A DNA stretch of 64,000 nucleotides, from positions 15,810,001 through 15,874,000 of the forward strand of contig NC_047030.1 of NCBI RefSeq assembly GCF_902652985.1. Reading direction: 5' to 3'. Origin of the DNA: Pecten maximus. Taxonomy: Eukaryota. The translations under genes were made by a program, and so were the position numbers. The notes below the pieces were generated by a model. That model was given only the letters and a program-made list of their open reading frames with translations, was not told the DNA's origin and ran no database searches. Shown here in pieces: positions 27,482 to 42,640 of this stretch (position 1 is its first letter; each line of letters starts with the position of its first letter).

Positions 27482-30400
27482 CAGTATATATCATACACCT
27501 ATCAATGTGTATAGTGTAAATATATATTTTACACCTATCAGCCTGTGTTGAGTAAATATATACTTTTTATCTATAAATGTGAATTGTGTGAATATATAGT
27601 TTACATCTATCAATGTGAATTGTGTAAATATATACCTTACATCTATCAATGTGAATTGTGTAAATATGTACCTTCAATGTGAATTGTGTAAATATATACT
27701 TTACACCTTTCAGTGTGTATTGTGTAAATATATAGTTTACACCTCTCAGTGTGTATTGTGTAAATATATAGTTTACACCTATCAGCCTGTGTTGTGTAAA
27801 TATATAGTTTACACTTGTCAGTGTGTATTGTGTAAATATATAGTTAACACCTCTCAGTGTGTAGTGTGTAAATATATAGTTTACACTTGTCAGTATGTAT
27901 TGTGTAAATATATAGTTTACACCTATCAGTGTGTATTGTGTAAATATATAGTTTACACCTATCAGTGTGTATTGTGTAAATATATAGTTTACACCTATCA
28001 GTGTGTATTGTGTAAATATATAGTTTACACCTATCAGTGTGTATTGTGTAAATATATACTTTACACCTTTCAGTGTGTATTGTGTAAATATATAGTTAAC
28101 ACCTCTCAGTGTGTATTTTGTAAATATATAGTTTACACCTATCAGTGTGTATTGTGTAAATATATAGTTTACACCTATCAGTGTGCATTGTGTAAATATA
28201 TAGTTTACACCTATCAGTGTGTATTGTGTAAATATATAGTTAACACCTCTCAGTGTGTATTTTGTAAATATATAGTTTACACCTATCAGTGTGCATTGTG
28301 TAAATATATAGTTTACACCTATCAGTGTGTTTTGTGTAAATATATAGTTTACACCTCTCAGTGTGTATTGTGTAAATATATAGTTTACACCTATCAGTGT
28401 GTATTGTGTAAATATATAGTTTACACCTATCAGTGTGTATTGTGTAAATATATAGTTTACACCTATCAGTGTGTATTGTGTAAATATATACTTTACACCT
28501 TTCAGTGTGTATTGTGTAAATTTATATAGTTAACACCTCTCAGTGTGTATTTTGCAAATATATAGTTTACACCTATCAGTGTGTATTGTGTAAATATATA
28601 GTTTACACCTTTCAGTGTGTATTGTGTAAATATATAGTTAACACCTCTCAGTGTGTATTGTGTAAATATATAGTTTACACTTGTCAGTATGTATTGTGTA
28701 AATATATAGTTTACACCTATCAGTGTGTATTGTGTAAATATATAGTTTACACCTATCAGTGTGTATTGTGTAAATATATAGTTTACACCTCTCAGTGTGT
28801 AGTGTGTAAATATATAGTTTACACTTGTCAGTATGTATTGTGTAAATATATAGTTTACACCTATCAGTGTGTATTGTGTAAATATATAGTTTACACCTTT
28901 CAGTGTGTATTGTGTAAATATATAGTTAACACCTCTCAGTGTGTATTGTGTAAATATATACTTTACACCTTTCAGTGTGTATTGTGTAAATATATAGTTA
29001 ACACCTCTCAGTGTGTATTTTGTAAATATATACTTTACACCTTTCAGTGTGTATTGTGTACATATATACTTTACACCTTTCAGTGTGTATTGTGTAAATA
29101 TATAGTTAACACCTCTCAGTGTGTATTTTGTAAATATATAGTTTACACCTTTCAGTGTGTATTGTGTAAATATATAGTTTACACCTATCAGTGTGCATTG
29201 TGTAAATATATAGTTTACACCTATCAGTGTGCATTGTGTAAATATATAGTTAACACCTTTCAGTGTGTTTTGTGTAAATATATAGTTTACACCTATCAGT
29301 GTGTATTGTGTAAATATATAGTTTACACTTATCAGTGTGTATTGTGTAAATATATAGTTTACACCTATCAGTGTGTATTGTGTAAATATATAGTTTACAC
29401 CTATCAGTGTGTATTGTGTAAATATATACTTTACACCTTTCAGTGTGTATTGTGTAAATATATAGTTTACACTTGTCAGTATGCATTGTATTGAAGTATA
29501 TAGTTTACACTTGTCAGTGTGTATTGTATTTAAAAATATAGTTTACACTTAATTGTGTGTAGTGTGTAAATATATACTTTACACCTTTCAGTGTGTATTG
29601 TGTAAATATATAGTTTACACTTGTCAGTATGCATTGTATTGAAGTATATAGTTTACACTTGTCAGTGTGTATTGTATTTAAAAATATAGTTTACACTTAA
29701 TTGTGTGTAGTGTGTAAATATATAGTTTACACCTATCAGTGTGTATTGTGTAAATATATAGTTTACACCTATCAGTGTGTATTGTGTAAATATATAGTTT
29801 ACACCTATCAGTGTGTATTGTGTAACTATATAGTTTACACATATCAGTGTGTATTGTGTAAATATATAGTTTACACCTATCAGTGTGTATTGTGTAAATA
29901 TATGGTTTACACCTATCACTGTGTATTGTGTAAATATATTGTTTACACATATCAGTGTGTATTGTGTAAATATATAGTTAATACCTTTCAGTGTGTATTG
30001 TGTAAATATATAGTTTACACCTATCAGTGTGTATTGTGTAAATATATAGTTAATACCTTTCAGTGTGTATTGTGTAAATACATAGTTAACACCTATCAAT
30101 GTGTATTGTGTAAATATATTGTTTACACATATCAGTGTGTATTGTGTAAATATATAGTGAATACCTTTCAGTGTGTATTGTGTAAATATATAGTTAACAC
30201 CTATCAGTGTGTATTGTGTAAATATATAGTTTACACATATCAGTGTGTATTGTGTAAATATATAGTTAACACCTTTCAGTGTGTATTGTGTAAATATATA
30301 GTTAACACCTATCAGTGTGTATTGTGTAAATATATAGTTTACACCTATCAGTGTGTATTGTGTAAATATATAGTTTACATATATCAGTGTGACACATGTA

Positions 30401-30548
30401 TTGTGTAAATATATAGTTTACACCTATCAGTGTGTATTGTGTAAATATATAGTTTACACCTATCAGTGTGTATTGTGTAAATATATAGTTTACACCTATC
30501 AGTGTGTATTGTGTAAATATATAGTTTACACCTATCAGTGTGTATTGT
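27482..30548. repeat. Satellite, 36-bp unit (gtgtattgtgtaaatatatagtttacacctatcagt), ~85 copies
   Basis: Direct periodicity, an internal dyad gtgtaaa-7nt-tttacac, and diverged copies at the left edge. Confidence 0.97.
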
Positions 30549-31156
30549 TGAATCTTATTCATCTGATGAATATAAAATGTCTCAGGGAAACATCATTTAG
30601 TACTATAGAAAATAATAACTACCAAACTCTACATCAATATTTTAGTTATTTGACAAATAACCATCCTTATACACACAACTTCAATGGGATTATATACCTT
30701 TGCTTCTACATGTTCAGCTGTTTTTTCTCAAGAAGCATTTTGTAACTCATATTATTTTTACATTACCAAAAACAAGTTGGCATCATAGATTTGTCAAGGA
30801 CATTTCACTTGTCATGCTTTTGTCACTACCATCTATTTAAGTTGGAATAGATATACATGTATATGTAAGTTGTTATTGTACATGTCAGATAGCTATACCA
30901 GCTGTTCAACTTTGAAACAGAAAATCAATACAATGCTGATATGACTGATCTGTTCAGTAAAGCATATCCACTTTGACTAATTGTAGATTTAGATGAAGAT
31001 ATAAATATAACAGACGTTGCCATAGCAACATCTTGGAGATATCATTATTTAATTCATACATTTAAATGTTTCTGTATCCTTGGTTACTCTGCATTCTCTG
31101 CTTCTGCTCAAAGCCTTGATTAGGGAACAATTGGAAGGCAAGTGTGCTTCCCTGGG

Positions 31157-34100
31157 GATCACACCCATGGTACCCAGTAGTCCACTACTCCAATCACACC
31201 CATGGTACCCAGTAGTCCACCACTCCAATCACACCCATGGTACCCAGTAGTCCACCACTCCAATCACACCCATGGTACCCAACAGTCCACTCCGACCAAA
31301 CCCATGGCACCAAACAGTCCACCACTCCAATCACACCCATGGTACCCAGTAGTCCACCACTCCAATCACACCCATGGGACCCAGTAGTCCACCACTCCAA
31401 TCACACCCATGGTACCCAGTAGTCCACCACTCCAATCACACCCATGGGACCCAACAGTCCACTCCGACCAAACCCATGGTACCCAGTAGTCCACTCCGAC
31501 CAAACCCATGGTACCCAGCAGTCCACCACTCCAATCACACCCATGGGACCCAACAGTCCACTCCGACCAAACCCATGGTACCCAGTAGTCCACTCCGACC
31601 AAACCCATGGTACCCAGCAGTCCACCACTCCAATCACACCCATGGGACCCAACAGTCCACTCCGACCAAACCCATGGTACCCAGCAGTCCACCACTCCAA
31701 TCACACCCATGGTACCCAGCAGTCCACTCCGACCAAACCCATGGTACCCAGCAGTCCACCACTCCAATCACACCCATGGGACCCAACAGTCCACTCCGAC
31801 CAAACCCATGGCACCAAACAGTCCACCACTCCAATCACACCCATGGTACCCAGCAGTCCACTCCGACCAAACCCATGGTACCCAGCAGTCCACCATTCCA
31901 ATCACACCCATGGCACCCAACAGTCCACTCCGACCAAACCCATGGCACCAAACAGTCCACCACTCCAATCACACCCATGGCACCCAGCATTCCACCATTC
32001 CAATCACACCCATGGCACCCAGCAGTCAACCATTCTAATCGCACCCATGGTACCCAGCAGTCCACCATTCCAATCACACCCATGGTACCCAGCAGTCCAC
32101 CACTCCAATCACACCCATGGAACCCAACAGTCCACTCCGACCAAACCCATGGCACCCAACAGTCCACCACTCCAATCACACCCATGGCACCCAGCATTCC
32201 ACCACTCCAATCACACCAGCAGTCCACCACTCCAATCACACCCATGACACCCAGCAGCCTACCACTCCAATCACAACCATGGCACCCAGCAGTCCACCAC
32301 TCCAATCACACCCACGACACCCAGCAGTCCACCACTCCAATCACACCCATGACACCCAGCAGCCTACCACTCCAATCACAACCATGACACCCAGCAGTCC
32401 ACCACTCCAATTACACCCATGACACCCAGCAGTCCACCACTCCAATCACACCCATGTCACCCAGCAGTCCACCACTCCAATCACATCCATGACACCCAGC
32501 AGTCAACCACTACAATCACACCCATGACACCCAGCAGTCAACCACTCCAATCACACCCATGACACCCAGCAGTCAACCACTACAATCACACCCATGACAT
32601 CCAGCAGTCCACCACTCCAATCACACCCATGACACCCAACAGTCCACCACTCCAATTACACCCATGGCGCCCAGCAGTCCACCACTACAATCACACCCAT
32701 GGCACCCAACAGTCCACCACTCCAATCACACCCATGACACCCAGCAGTCCACCACTACAATCACACCCATGGCGCCCAGCAGTCCACCACTCCAATCACA
32801 CCCATGGGACCCAACAGTCCACTCCGACCAAACCTATGGGACCCAACAGTCCACCACTCCAATAACACCCATGTCACCCAACAGTCCACCACTCCAATCA
32901 CACCCATGGCACCCAGCAGTCCACCACTCAAACTAAAACCCATGGCACCCAGCAGTCCACCACTACAATCACACCCATGGCACCCAGCACTGCACCACTC
33001 CAATCACACCAGCAGTCCACCACTCCAATCACACCATGACACCCAGCAGTCTACCACTCCAATCACACCCATGGCACCCAGCAGTCCACCACTACAATTA
33101 CACCCATGGCACCTTGCAGTTCACCACTACAATCACACCCATGAAACCCAACAGTCCACCACTCCAATCACACCCATGGCATCCAGCAGTCCACCACTCC
33201 AATCACACCAATGACACCCAGCAGTCCATCATTCCAATCACACCCATGGCACACAGCAGTCCACCACTCCAATCACACCCATGACACCCAGCAGTCCATC
33301 ATTCCAATCACACCCATGACACCCAGCAGTCCACCACTACAATCACACCCATGACACCCAGCAGTCCACCACTCCAATTAAACCCATGGCACCTTGCAGT
33401 TCACCACTACAATCACACCCATGGTGCCCAGCAGTCCACCACTCCAATCACACCAACAGTCCACCACTCCAATCACACCCATGACACCCAGCAGTCCACC
33501 ACTACAATCACACCCATGGCGCCCAGCAGTCCATCACTCCAATCACACCCATGACACCCAGCAGTCTACCACTCCAATCACACCAATGGCACCTAGCAGT
33601 CCACCACTCCAATCACACCCATGACAACCAGCAGTCCACCACTCCAATCACACCCATGACAACCAGCAGTCCACCACTCCAATCACACCCATGGCACCTT
33701 GCAGTTCACCACAACAATCACACCAATGGCACCCAACAGTCCACCACTCCAATCACACCAACAGTCCACAACTCCAATCACACCCATGTCACCCAGCAGT
33801 CCACCACTCCAATCACACCATGACACCCAGCAGTCCACCACTCCAATCACACCCATGGCATCCAGCAGTTCACCACTACAATCACACCCATGTCACCCAG
33901 CAGTCCACCACTCCAATCACACCAGCAGTCCACCACTCCAATCACACCCATGTCACCCGGCAGTCCACCACTCCAATCACACCCATGTCACCCAGCAGTC
34001 CACCAATCCAATCACACCCATGACACCCAGCAGTTCACCACTACAATCACACCCATGTCACCCAGCAGTCCACCACTCCAATCACACCAGCAGTCCACCA

Positions 34101-35901
34101 CTCCAATCACACCCATGTCACCCGGCAGTCCACCACTCCAATTACACCCATGGCGCCCAGCAGTCCACCAATCCAATCACACCCATGTCACCCAGCAGTC
34201 CACCAATCCAATCACACCCATGACACCCAGCAGTCCACCACTCCAATCACACCCATGTCACCCAGCAGTCCACCACTCCAATTACACCCATGGCGCCCAG
34301 CAGTCCACCACTACAATCACACCCATGACACCCAGCAGTCCACCACTCCAATCACACCCATGGCGCCCAGCAGTCCACCACTACAATCACACCCATGGCG
34401 CCCAGCAGTCCACCACTACAATCACACCCATGTCACCCAGCAGTCCACCACTCCAATTACACCCATGGCGCCCAGCAGTCCACCACTACAATCACACCCA
34501 TGACATCCAGCAGTCCACCACTACAATTACACCCATGGCGCCCAGCAGTCCACCACTACAATCACACCTATGACATCCAGCAGTCCACCACTACAATCAC
34601 ACCCATGACACCCAGCAGTCCACCACTCCAATCACACCCATGACACCCAGCAGTCCACCACTACAATCACACCCATGGCACCCAGTAGTCCACCATTCCA
34701 ATCACACCCAGCAGTCCACCACTCCAATCACACCCATGACACCCAGCAGTCCACCACTACAATCACACCCATGGCACCCAGTAGTCCACCATTCCAATCA
34801 CACCCAGCAGTCCACCATTCCAATCACACCCAACAGTCCACCACTCCAATCACACCCATGACACCCAGCAGTCCACCACTCCAATCACACCCATAGCACC
34901 TAGCAGTCCACCACTACAATCACACCCATGGCATCCAGTAGTCCACCATTCCAATCACACCCATGGCACCCAGTACTCCACCACTCCAATCACACCCATG
35001 GCACCCAGCAGTCCACCACTACAATCACACCCATGGCACCTAGCAGTCCACCACTCCAATCACACCAATGGCACCCAACAGTCCACCACTCCAATCACAC
35101 CCATGGCACCCAGCAGTCCACCACTCCAATCACACCAATGGCACCCAACAGTCCACCACTCCAATCACACCCATGGCACCTAGCAGTCCACCACTCCAAT
35201 CACACCAATGGCACCCAACAGTCCACCACTCCAATCACACCCATGACACCCAGCAGTCCACCACTCCAATCACACCCATGGCACCCAGCAGTCCACCATT
35301 CCAATCACACCCATGGCATCCAGCAGTCCACCACTCCAATCACACCAATGGCACCCAACAGTCCACCACTCCAATCACACCCATGGCACCTAGCAGTCCA
35401 CCACTCCAATCACACCAATGGCACCCAACAGTCCACCATTCCAATCACACCCATGACACCCAGCAGTCCACCACTCCAATCACACCAATGGCACCCAGCA
35501 GTCCACCATTCCAATCACACCAATGGCACCCAGCAGTCCACCATTCCAATCACACCCATGGCACCTAGCAGTCCACCACTCCAATCACACCCATGACACC
35601 CAGCAGTCCACCACTCCAATCACACCCATGCCACCTAGCAGTCCACCACTCCAATCACACCCATGACACCCAGCAGTCCACCACTCCAATCACACCCATG
35701 ACACCCAGCAGTCCACCACTCCAATCACACCCATGGCACCCAGCAGTCCACCACTACAATCACACCCATGTCACCCAGCAGTCCACCACTCCAATCACAC
35801 CCATGGCACCCAGCAGTCCACCACTCCAATCACACCCATGGCACCCAGCAGTCCACCACTCCAATCACACCCATGGCACCCAGCAGTCCACCACTACAAT
35901 C
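31157..35901. repeat. C-rich satellite, 35-bp unit (caatcacacccatggcacccagcagtccaccactc) with 32-bp and shorter variants, ~138 copies
   Basis: Direct periodicity, with 35+32 dimers at ~31280-32150. Confidence 0.97.
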
Positions 35902-37167
35902 GAATTGTGAGATTTCAACCACTTATTATGAATTATAAAGGTGCTCACTGAAAATGCATTTTTCTGATCAAATTGAAAAAAGTGAAAATTTAAAATCACC
36001 ATATATCCTTAATTAATTTTCACATAAAGCTGGGTTCCCAAAATATGTAATATTACATATATAGATAGATAGAAATCCCTGTGACTGTGTGATCTAAATT
36101 GACAGCTGTCGATATAACATACAAATGAACTCCCAAATTAAGGCTCACAAATCAATCCCATAATGCAGAGTCAGCCATAAAATAAACAATTGATATATAT
36201 GACATGTATCTTTGTAGGAAAGTTCAACATAACAAAGCTGGACTATACACTGTCATTGTGCCTAAAGATTGCATTATATTTTAAAGTAGTTTCCCTTTTC
36301 AAGCTGGACACTAGACTGACCAATAAAGTAGGATTGGAGATCTGGAGGTGAAATCTATTTATGTGGGAAGTCTGATAATTAATGAAATTCAGTAACATAA
36401 AATAAGTACAATGCTTTAGGAACTTACTTTTAAACTGGATAATATTGGAAATTGTATTTTCATTAAATACAATATTTCAATACATGTCCGCTGGATCTCT
36501 TTTACATTGTTACATATGATTCTAGTATATTGTATTTTCATTCTAAGTACAATTTTTTCAATACAGGCCAATTTGACCTCTTTATAAAACATTTTTAAGA
36601 AACACATTTTTATGACATTTTCATTCTGAATATGAATTTTCAAATATTATATTCATAAACTTCTAAAGCTAGTATTAACATAGAATATACATTGTACATA
36701 TACACACAATCACCAGACTGTATGGGGCTTTACTTTCCCCAAAGGCCCAGGAGATTGACGAGTTGTGATGGATGGGGTCATTTCATGGTGATAAAACTTG
36801 ATGTTATTGTGGGGAAAAAAATCTCTTCTTTTTTGTAATTAAATAACAGGTCCATTACACAACTGTGTACTACATAATACCTACTTATATATACAGAACT
36901 GAGGACACATCAAATTTAATGTTCCTCATATAATTGTCAGGATGAAACTGCTCAGTGACTTAGGATAGGAGCCAGATTTCAAATTTAATTTTCCCTGTTA
37001 AAGAAAGAAGGGAAAATCATGGCTATACATTAATGTCTCATATTTCCACAGGTATATCATATTTCATTAGGTTTATCAGATTTCAGGTGAGAAACTGGTC
37101 TCTTCTTCTTATCACAGATGATAAAACAATTTCTGCTTCAGAGAATATCAACTGCAGACAGGTCATT

Positions 37168-37790
37168 AAACCTGTGACCCCTCTACAGTCACCTTTGGCA
37201 TGTTCCATATTAAAACCTGTGACCCCTCTTGGGATGTTCCATATTAAACTTGTGACTCCTTCTAGTCACCCTTGGGACATAGCAGATTTAACTTGTGACC
37301 TCTCTAGTCACTTTTGGGACAATCAAGATTTAACTTGCGACCTCTCTAGTCACTTTTGGGACAATCCATATTTAACTTGTGACCTCTCTAGTCACTTTTG
37401 GGACAATCAAGATTTAACTTGTGACCTCTCTAGTCACCTTTGGGACAATCCAGATTTAACTTGTGACCTCTTTAGTCACTTTTGGGACAATCCATATTTA
37501 ACTTGTGACCTCTCTAGTCCCTTTTGGGACAATCCAGATTTAACTTGTGACATCTCTAGTCACCTTTAGGACAAGCCAGATTTAACTTGTGACATCTCTA
37601 GTCACCTTTAGGACAAGCCAGATTTAACTTGTGACATCTCTAGTCACCTTTAGGACAAGCCAGATTTAACTTGTGACCTCTCTAGTCACATCTCTAGTCA
37701 CCTTTGGGACATTCTATTACATGTATGTCTCCTTTAGAACATTTCATATTAAACCTGTGACCAATATAGTTACCTTTTGGATATTCCACA
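37168..37790. repeat. Minisatellite, 42-bp unit (gatttaacttgtgacctctctagtcacttttgggacaatcca)
   Basis: Direct periodicity, an internal dyad gtgac-7nt-gtcac, and diverged edges. Confidence 0.92.
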
Positions 37791-37817
37791 TATTCTCTAT
37801 AATTATAATAAAAAAAG

Positions 37818-37962
37818 ATAACCTGTCTATATAGACCACATATAATCTGTTATAAAGGTAACCTGTCTATATAGACCACATATAATCTGTTATAAAGGTA
37901 ACCTGTCTATATAGACCACATATAATCTCTTATAAAGGTAACCTGTCTATATAGACCACATG
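37818..37962. repeat. Tandem repeat, 40-bp unit, ~4 copies, followed directly by a SINE
   Basis: acctgtctatatagaccac at 37821, 37861, 37901 and 37941, with a degenerate copy after the SINE at ~38232. Confidence 0.9.
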
Positions 37963-37965
37963 TAA

Positions 37966-38185
37966 TTTTTGGTTTGTTTTTGTTTAACGTCCTATTAACA
38001 GCCAGGGTCATTTAAGGACGTGCCAGGTTTTGGAGGTGGAGGAAAGCCGGAGTACCCGGAGAAAAACCACCGGCCTACAGTCAGTACCTGGCAACTGCCC
38101 CACGTAGGTTTCGAACTCGCAACCCAGAGGTGGAGGGCTAGTGATAAAGTGTCCGGACACCTAAACCACTCGGCCACCGCTGCCC
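37966..38185 (-). mobile_element. Full-length tRNA-derived V-SINE
   Basis: Minus strand: box A TGGCCGAGTGG (38176-38166), box B GTTCGAAAC (38116-38108), V-domain-like GGTTTTTCTCCGGGTACTCCGGCTTTCCTCCAC, and a tail ...GGACGTTAAACAAAAACAAACC. Confidence 0.88.
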
Positions 38186-38337
38186 TATTATTTATTTACT
38201 TTAAGGATATCCTACAGAACCTGTAAACCATACCTGTCTATACATGTATAAGACCATGTGTTTTTAATGAAATATAGGACCACCAGACTTCAAAGTAAAG
38301 CAGACCTCTGTAAGACTACTGTTTTGTTTTCGTTGGT

Positions 38338-38998
38338 AGGGGTGGGGATTGGGGTTGGAATGGGTTGGAGATGGAGTGGGGAGTGGGTGGGGATGGGGTA
38401 GCCAGATGAGGTGGGGATGGGGTGGCGATACAGTGGGGGTGGGGTGGGGATGGGGTGGCGATACAGTGGGGGTGGGGTGGCAATACAGTGGGGGTGGGAT
38501 GGGGATGGGGTGGTGATACAGTTGAGGTGGGATGGGGATGGCGTGGTGATACAGTGGGGGTGGGGTGGGGTGGCGATACAGTGGGGGTGTGGTGGCGATA
38601 CAGTGGGGATGGGATGGCGATACAGTGGAGGTGGGGTGGGGATGGGGTGGGGGTGGGGTAGGGGTGGGGTGGTGATACAGTGGGGGTGGGTGGGATGGGG
38701 TGGTGATACAGTGGGGGTGGGGTGGGGTGGCGATACAGTGGGGGTGGGGTAGGGGTGGGGTGGTGATACAGTGGGGGTGGGGTGGGGTGGCGATACAGTG
38801 GGGGTGGGGTGGGGGTGGGGGTGGTGATACAGTGGGGGTGGGGTGGCGATACAGTGGGGGTGGGGTAGGGGTGGGGTGGTGATACAGTGGGGGTGGGGTG
38901 GGGATGGGGTGGTGATACAGTGGGGGTGGGGTGGGTGGCGATACAGTGGGGGTGGGGTGGCGATGGGGTGGCGATACAGTGGGGGTGGGGTGGGGATG
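38338..38998 (+). repeat. G-rich variable tandem repeat (ggggt)n-ggcgatacagt with strong G-quadruplex potential
   Basis: Dense runs of 4-5 G separated by gatacagt spacers. Confidence 0.93.
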
Positions 38999-39719
38999 GA
39001 GAGGAGATGTATCAATCCCTTGGTCTGACCTCTGTTGGACATACATCATAAACTGGACATGGACAAAGTAATTGACACTGGAGGCCTGAATCTGCACACG
39101 GACCAGTCTAGACATTTCCCCATTAACTTAATACAGAACAGACAAATAGGTGCCCACAAACCACGCAGACAGCTTGAATATTCAGATTTAAAACCCGATT
39201 CATTTCATCATAGACATGAATTTCTGTACTATAGCTGTCAGTCATACAGAATATTGTGATCAGATAAACACACCCCACAAATAGGATGTTAATACTTCAG
39301 AATTTACTTAATATCAGTCCGAGATAGCAGTTGAAACAAAATCCTATTTATACGAGATCCATACACACAGCCTGTGATTGATATACACAACAAAGGTTAT
39401 CAAAATCTACAAAATATTTTGCGATTCCTGCATCTTTAATGTTCTTTGAGCACTTATATTGAATTGTTAAAGCAATATAAACACAGAGGAGACCGAGACT
39501 TTGAGCTGTAAAATCCCAGTGAATAGCCCTGCGGTAAATTGTCTATGGTAATACCTCACCAGCAAGTCCTAGGAACCAATTTTCCACTTCCACTGTTGCT
39601 GGTATTTTAATTGAGAAAAATTTCTGCACGGATTCACATATAAAGACAATAAGGCATTCGAAATGTAGACAAAGACAGAACAGACTATTGTGGATGTGAG
39701 TTGGTAGACACCATTACCA

Positions 39720-41443
39720 TATAGATTTACTTGTACAAGTGTATCCTGGTCAGTATATAGATGTTACTTGTACAACTGTATCGTGGTCAGTATATAGATG
39801 TAACTTGTACAACTGTATCCTGGTCAGTATATAGATGTTACTTGTACAAGTGTATCCTGGTCAGTATATAGATGTTACTTGTACAACTGTATCCTGGTCA
39901 GTATATAGATGTTACTTGTACAAGTGTATCCTGGTCAGTATATAGATGTTACTTGTACAAGTGTATCCTGGTCAGTATATACATGTTACTTGTACAAGTG
40001 TATCCTGGTCAGTATACAGATGTTACTTGTACAACTGTATCCTGGTCAGTATATAGATATTACTTGTACAAGTGTATCCTGGTCAGTTATATAGATGTTA
40101 CTTGTACAACTGTATCCTGGTCAGTATATAGATATTACTTGTAGAAGTGTATCCTGGTCAGTATATAGATTTACTTGTACAACTGTATTCTGGTCAGTAT
40201 ATAGATGTTACTTGTACAACTGTATCCTGGTCAGTATATAGATGTTACTTGTACAAGTGTATCCTGGTCAGTTATATAGATGTTACTTGTAGAAGTGTAT
40301 CCTGGTCAGTATATAGATTTACTTGTACAACTGTATCAGGCTGGTCAGTTATATAGTATAGATGTTACTTGTACAACTGTATCCTGGTCAGCTATATAGA
40401 TGTTACTTGTACAACTGTATCTTGGTCAGTTATATCGATGTTACTTGTTCAAATGTATCCTGGTCAGTTATATAGTTGTTACTTGTACAACTGTATCCTG
40501 GTCAGTATATAGATGTTACTTGTACAACTAGATGGTACTTGTACAACTGTATCCTGGTCAGTATATAGATGTTACTTGTACAACTGTATCCTGGTCAGTA
40601 TATAGATGTTACTTGTACAACTGTATCCTGGTCAGTATAAAGATGTTACTTGTACAAGTGTATCCTGGTCAGTTATATAGATGTTACTTGTACAACTGTA
40701 TCCTGGTCAGTATATAGATGTTACTTGTACAACTGTATCCTGGTCAGTATATAGATGTTACTTGTACAACTGTATCCTGGTCAGTATATAGATGTTACTT
40801 GTACAACTGTATCCTGGTCAGTTATATAGATGTTACTTGTACAACTGTATCCTGGTCAGTATATAGATGTTACTTGTACAACTGTATCCTGGTCAGTTAT
40901 ATAGATGTAACTTGTACAACTGTATCCTGGTCAGTATATAGATCTTACTTGTAGAATTGTATCCTGGTCAGTATATAGATGTTACTTGTACAACTGTATT
41001 AGGCTGGTCAGTTATATAGTATAGATGTTACTTGTACAACTGTATCCTGGTCAGTATATAGATGTTACTTGTACAACTGTATCCTGGTCAGTATATAGAT
41101 GTTACTTGTACAACTGTATCCTGGTCAGTTATACAGATGTTACTTGTACAACTGTATCCTGGTCAGTTATATAGATGTTACTTGTACAACTGTATCCTGG
41201 TCAGTATATAGATGTTACTTGTACAGCTGTATCCTGGTCAGTATATAGATGTTACTTGTACAACTGTATCCTGGTCAGTTATATAGATGTTACTTGTACA
41301 ACTGTATCCTGGTCAGTTATACAGATGTTACTTGTACAACTGTATCCTGGTCAGTATATAGATGTTACTTGTACAACTGTATCCTGGTCAGTATATAGAT
41401 GTTACTTGTACAACTGTATCCTGGTCAATATATAGATGTTACT
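39720..41443. repeat. Minisatellite, 37-bp unit (tatatagatgttacttgtacaactgtatcctggtcag), ~46 copies
   Basis: Direct periodicity. Some variants carry the palindrome acttgtacaagt. Confidence 0.97.
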
Positions 41444-41734
41444 GATTATACTGGTGAATATTTCCCCAGTGCTGCTTTGAAAAGAGTAGATAAAACACGT
41501 ATTTCAATTTGTCTTTTTTCAATTACTGGTGACAGTATACCACTGCCAGGCCATCAAGACTTAATTTGTTTTTTCTTTATTTTGTTAGGAACTTTTTTTC
41601 CTCTTTCTTTTTCTGATGATCATGAAAATTGTGCAGCTGTTGTAGATGTGAATTGTTATAATTTAATGTACACCAAATCCCCATTTCACTAGCTAACCCT
41701 TTTAAAATTCAACTCACTGGACTATATTTTAGAA

Positions 41735-42640
41735 ATTGAGTTCACTGAGTTACAAACCATTGAGTTAACTGAGTAATGATTGAGTTTGCTGAGTAATGAG
41801 TGAGTTTATTTGTAATGATGAGTTTACTGAGTTAATGATTGAGTTTACTTATTAACAAGTGAGTTTACTTGGTAATTATTAAGGTTAATGAGGAATGATT
41901 GAGTTTACAGGGTACTGAATGAGTTTAATAAATAATGATTGAGTTCACTGAGTAACAATTGAGTTAATTTGGTAATGATTGAGGTTACTGGATAATGATT
42001 TAGTTTGTTGAGTAATGATTGAAGTTACTGAGTAATTAATGAGTTTATTGAGCAATGAGTGAGTTTAATGAGTAATTAGTGAGTTTTAGTAATCAAGCAA
42101 TGAATGAGTTTACTGAGTAATGAGTGAGGTTACCGAGTAATGAGTGAGGTTACCGAGTAATGAGTGAGGTTACTGAGTAATGAGTGAGGTTACTGAGTAA
42201 TGAGTGAGGTTACTGAGTAATGAGTGAGGTTACTGAGTAATGAGTGAGGTTACTGAGTAATGAGTGAGGTTACTGAGTAATGAGTGAGTTTACTGGGTAA
42301 TGAGTGAGGTTACTGAGTAATGAGTGAATTTACAAGTTACTTGGTGATGAATGAGTTTACTGAGTAATGAGTGAGTTAATTTCTTATGATTGAGTTTACT
42401 GAGTAAGGATTGAGTTTATTTGGTAATGAGTGAGTTTACTGAGTAATGAGTGAATTTAGTGAGAAATGAATGAGTTCACCGAGTAAGGATTGAGTTTACT
42501 TGGTAATGATTGAGTTTGCATGGTAATTGTTAAGGTTACTGAGGAACAATTTAGTTTACTTGGTAATGATTGAGTTTACTTGATAATTGTTGAGGTTACT
42601 GAGGAACGATTGAGTTTACTTGGTAAAGATTGATTGAGTT
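41735..42640. repeat. Minisatellite, 20-bp unit (gagtaatgagtgaggttact), homogeneous core with diverged flanks
   Basis: Units at 42116-42330 are near-identical; both sides are decayed. Confidence 0.9.

Noticed and set aside
27615-30745. Cys/Tyr-rich ~300-aa ORFs resembling metallothionein or keratin-associated proteins
   Set aside because: They come from a triplet-length satellite with frameshifting indels and have no unique N- or C-terminus or splice support.
31194-35951. Pro/Ser/His-rich mucin-like ORFs
   Set aside because: The 35-bp non-triplet unit cycles through all frames, and stops are scattered.
38100-38185. tRNA gene
   Set aside because: The A and B boxes belong to a SINE head that continues into a V-domain and tail; there is no proper cloverleaf.
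38264-39115. 283-aa extensin-like Pro/His ORF
   Set aside because: It is the C-rich complement of a G-rich repeat and lacks stops for compositional reasons.
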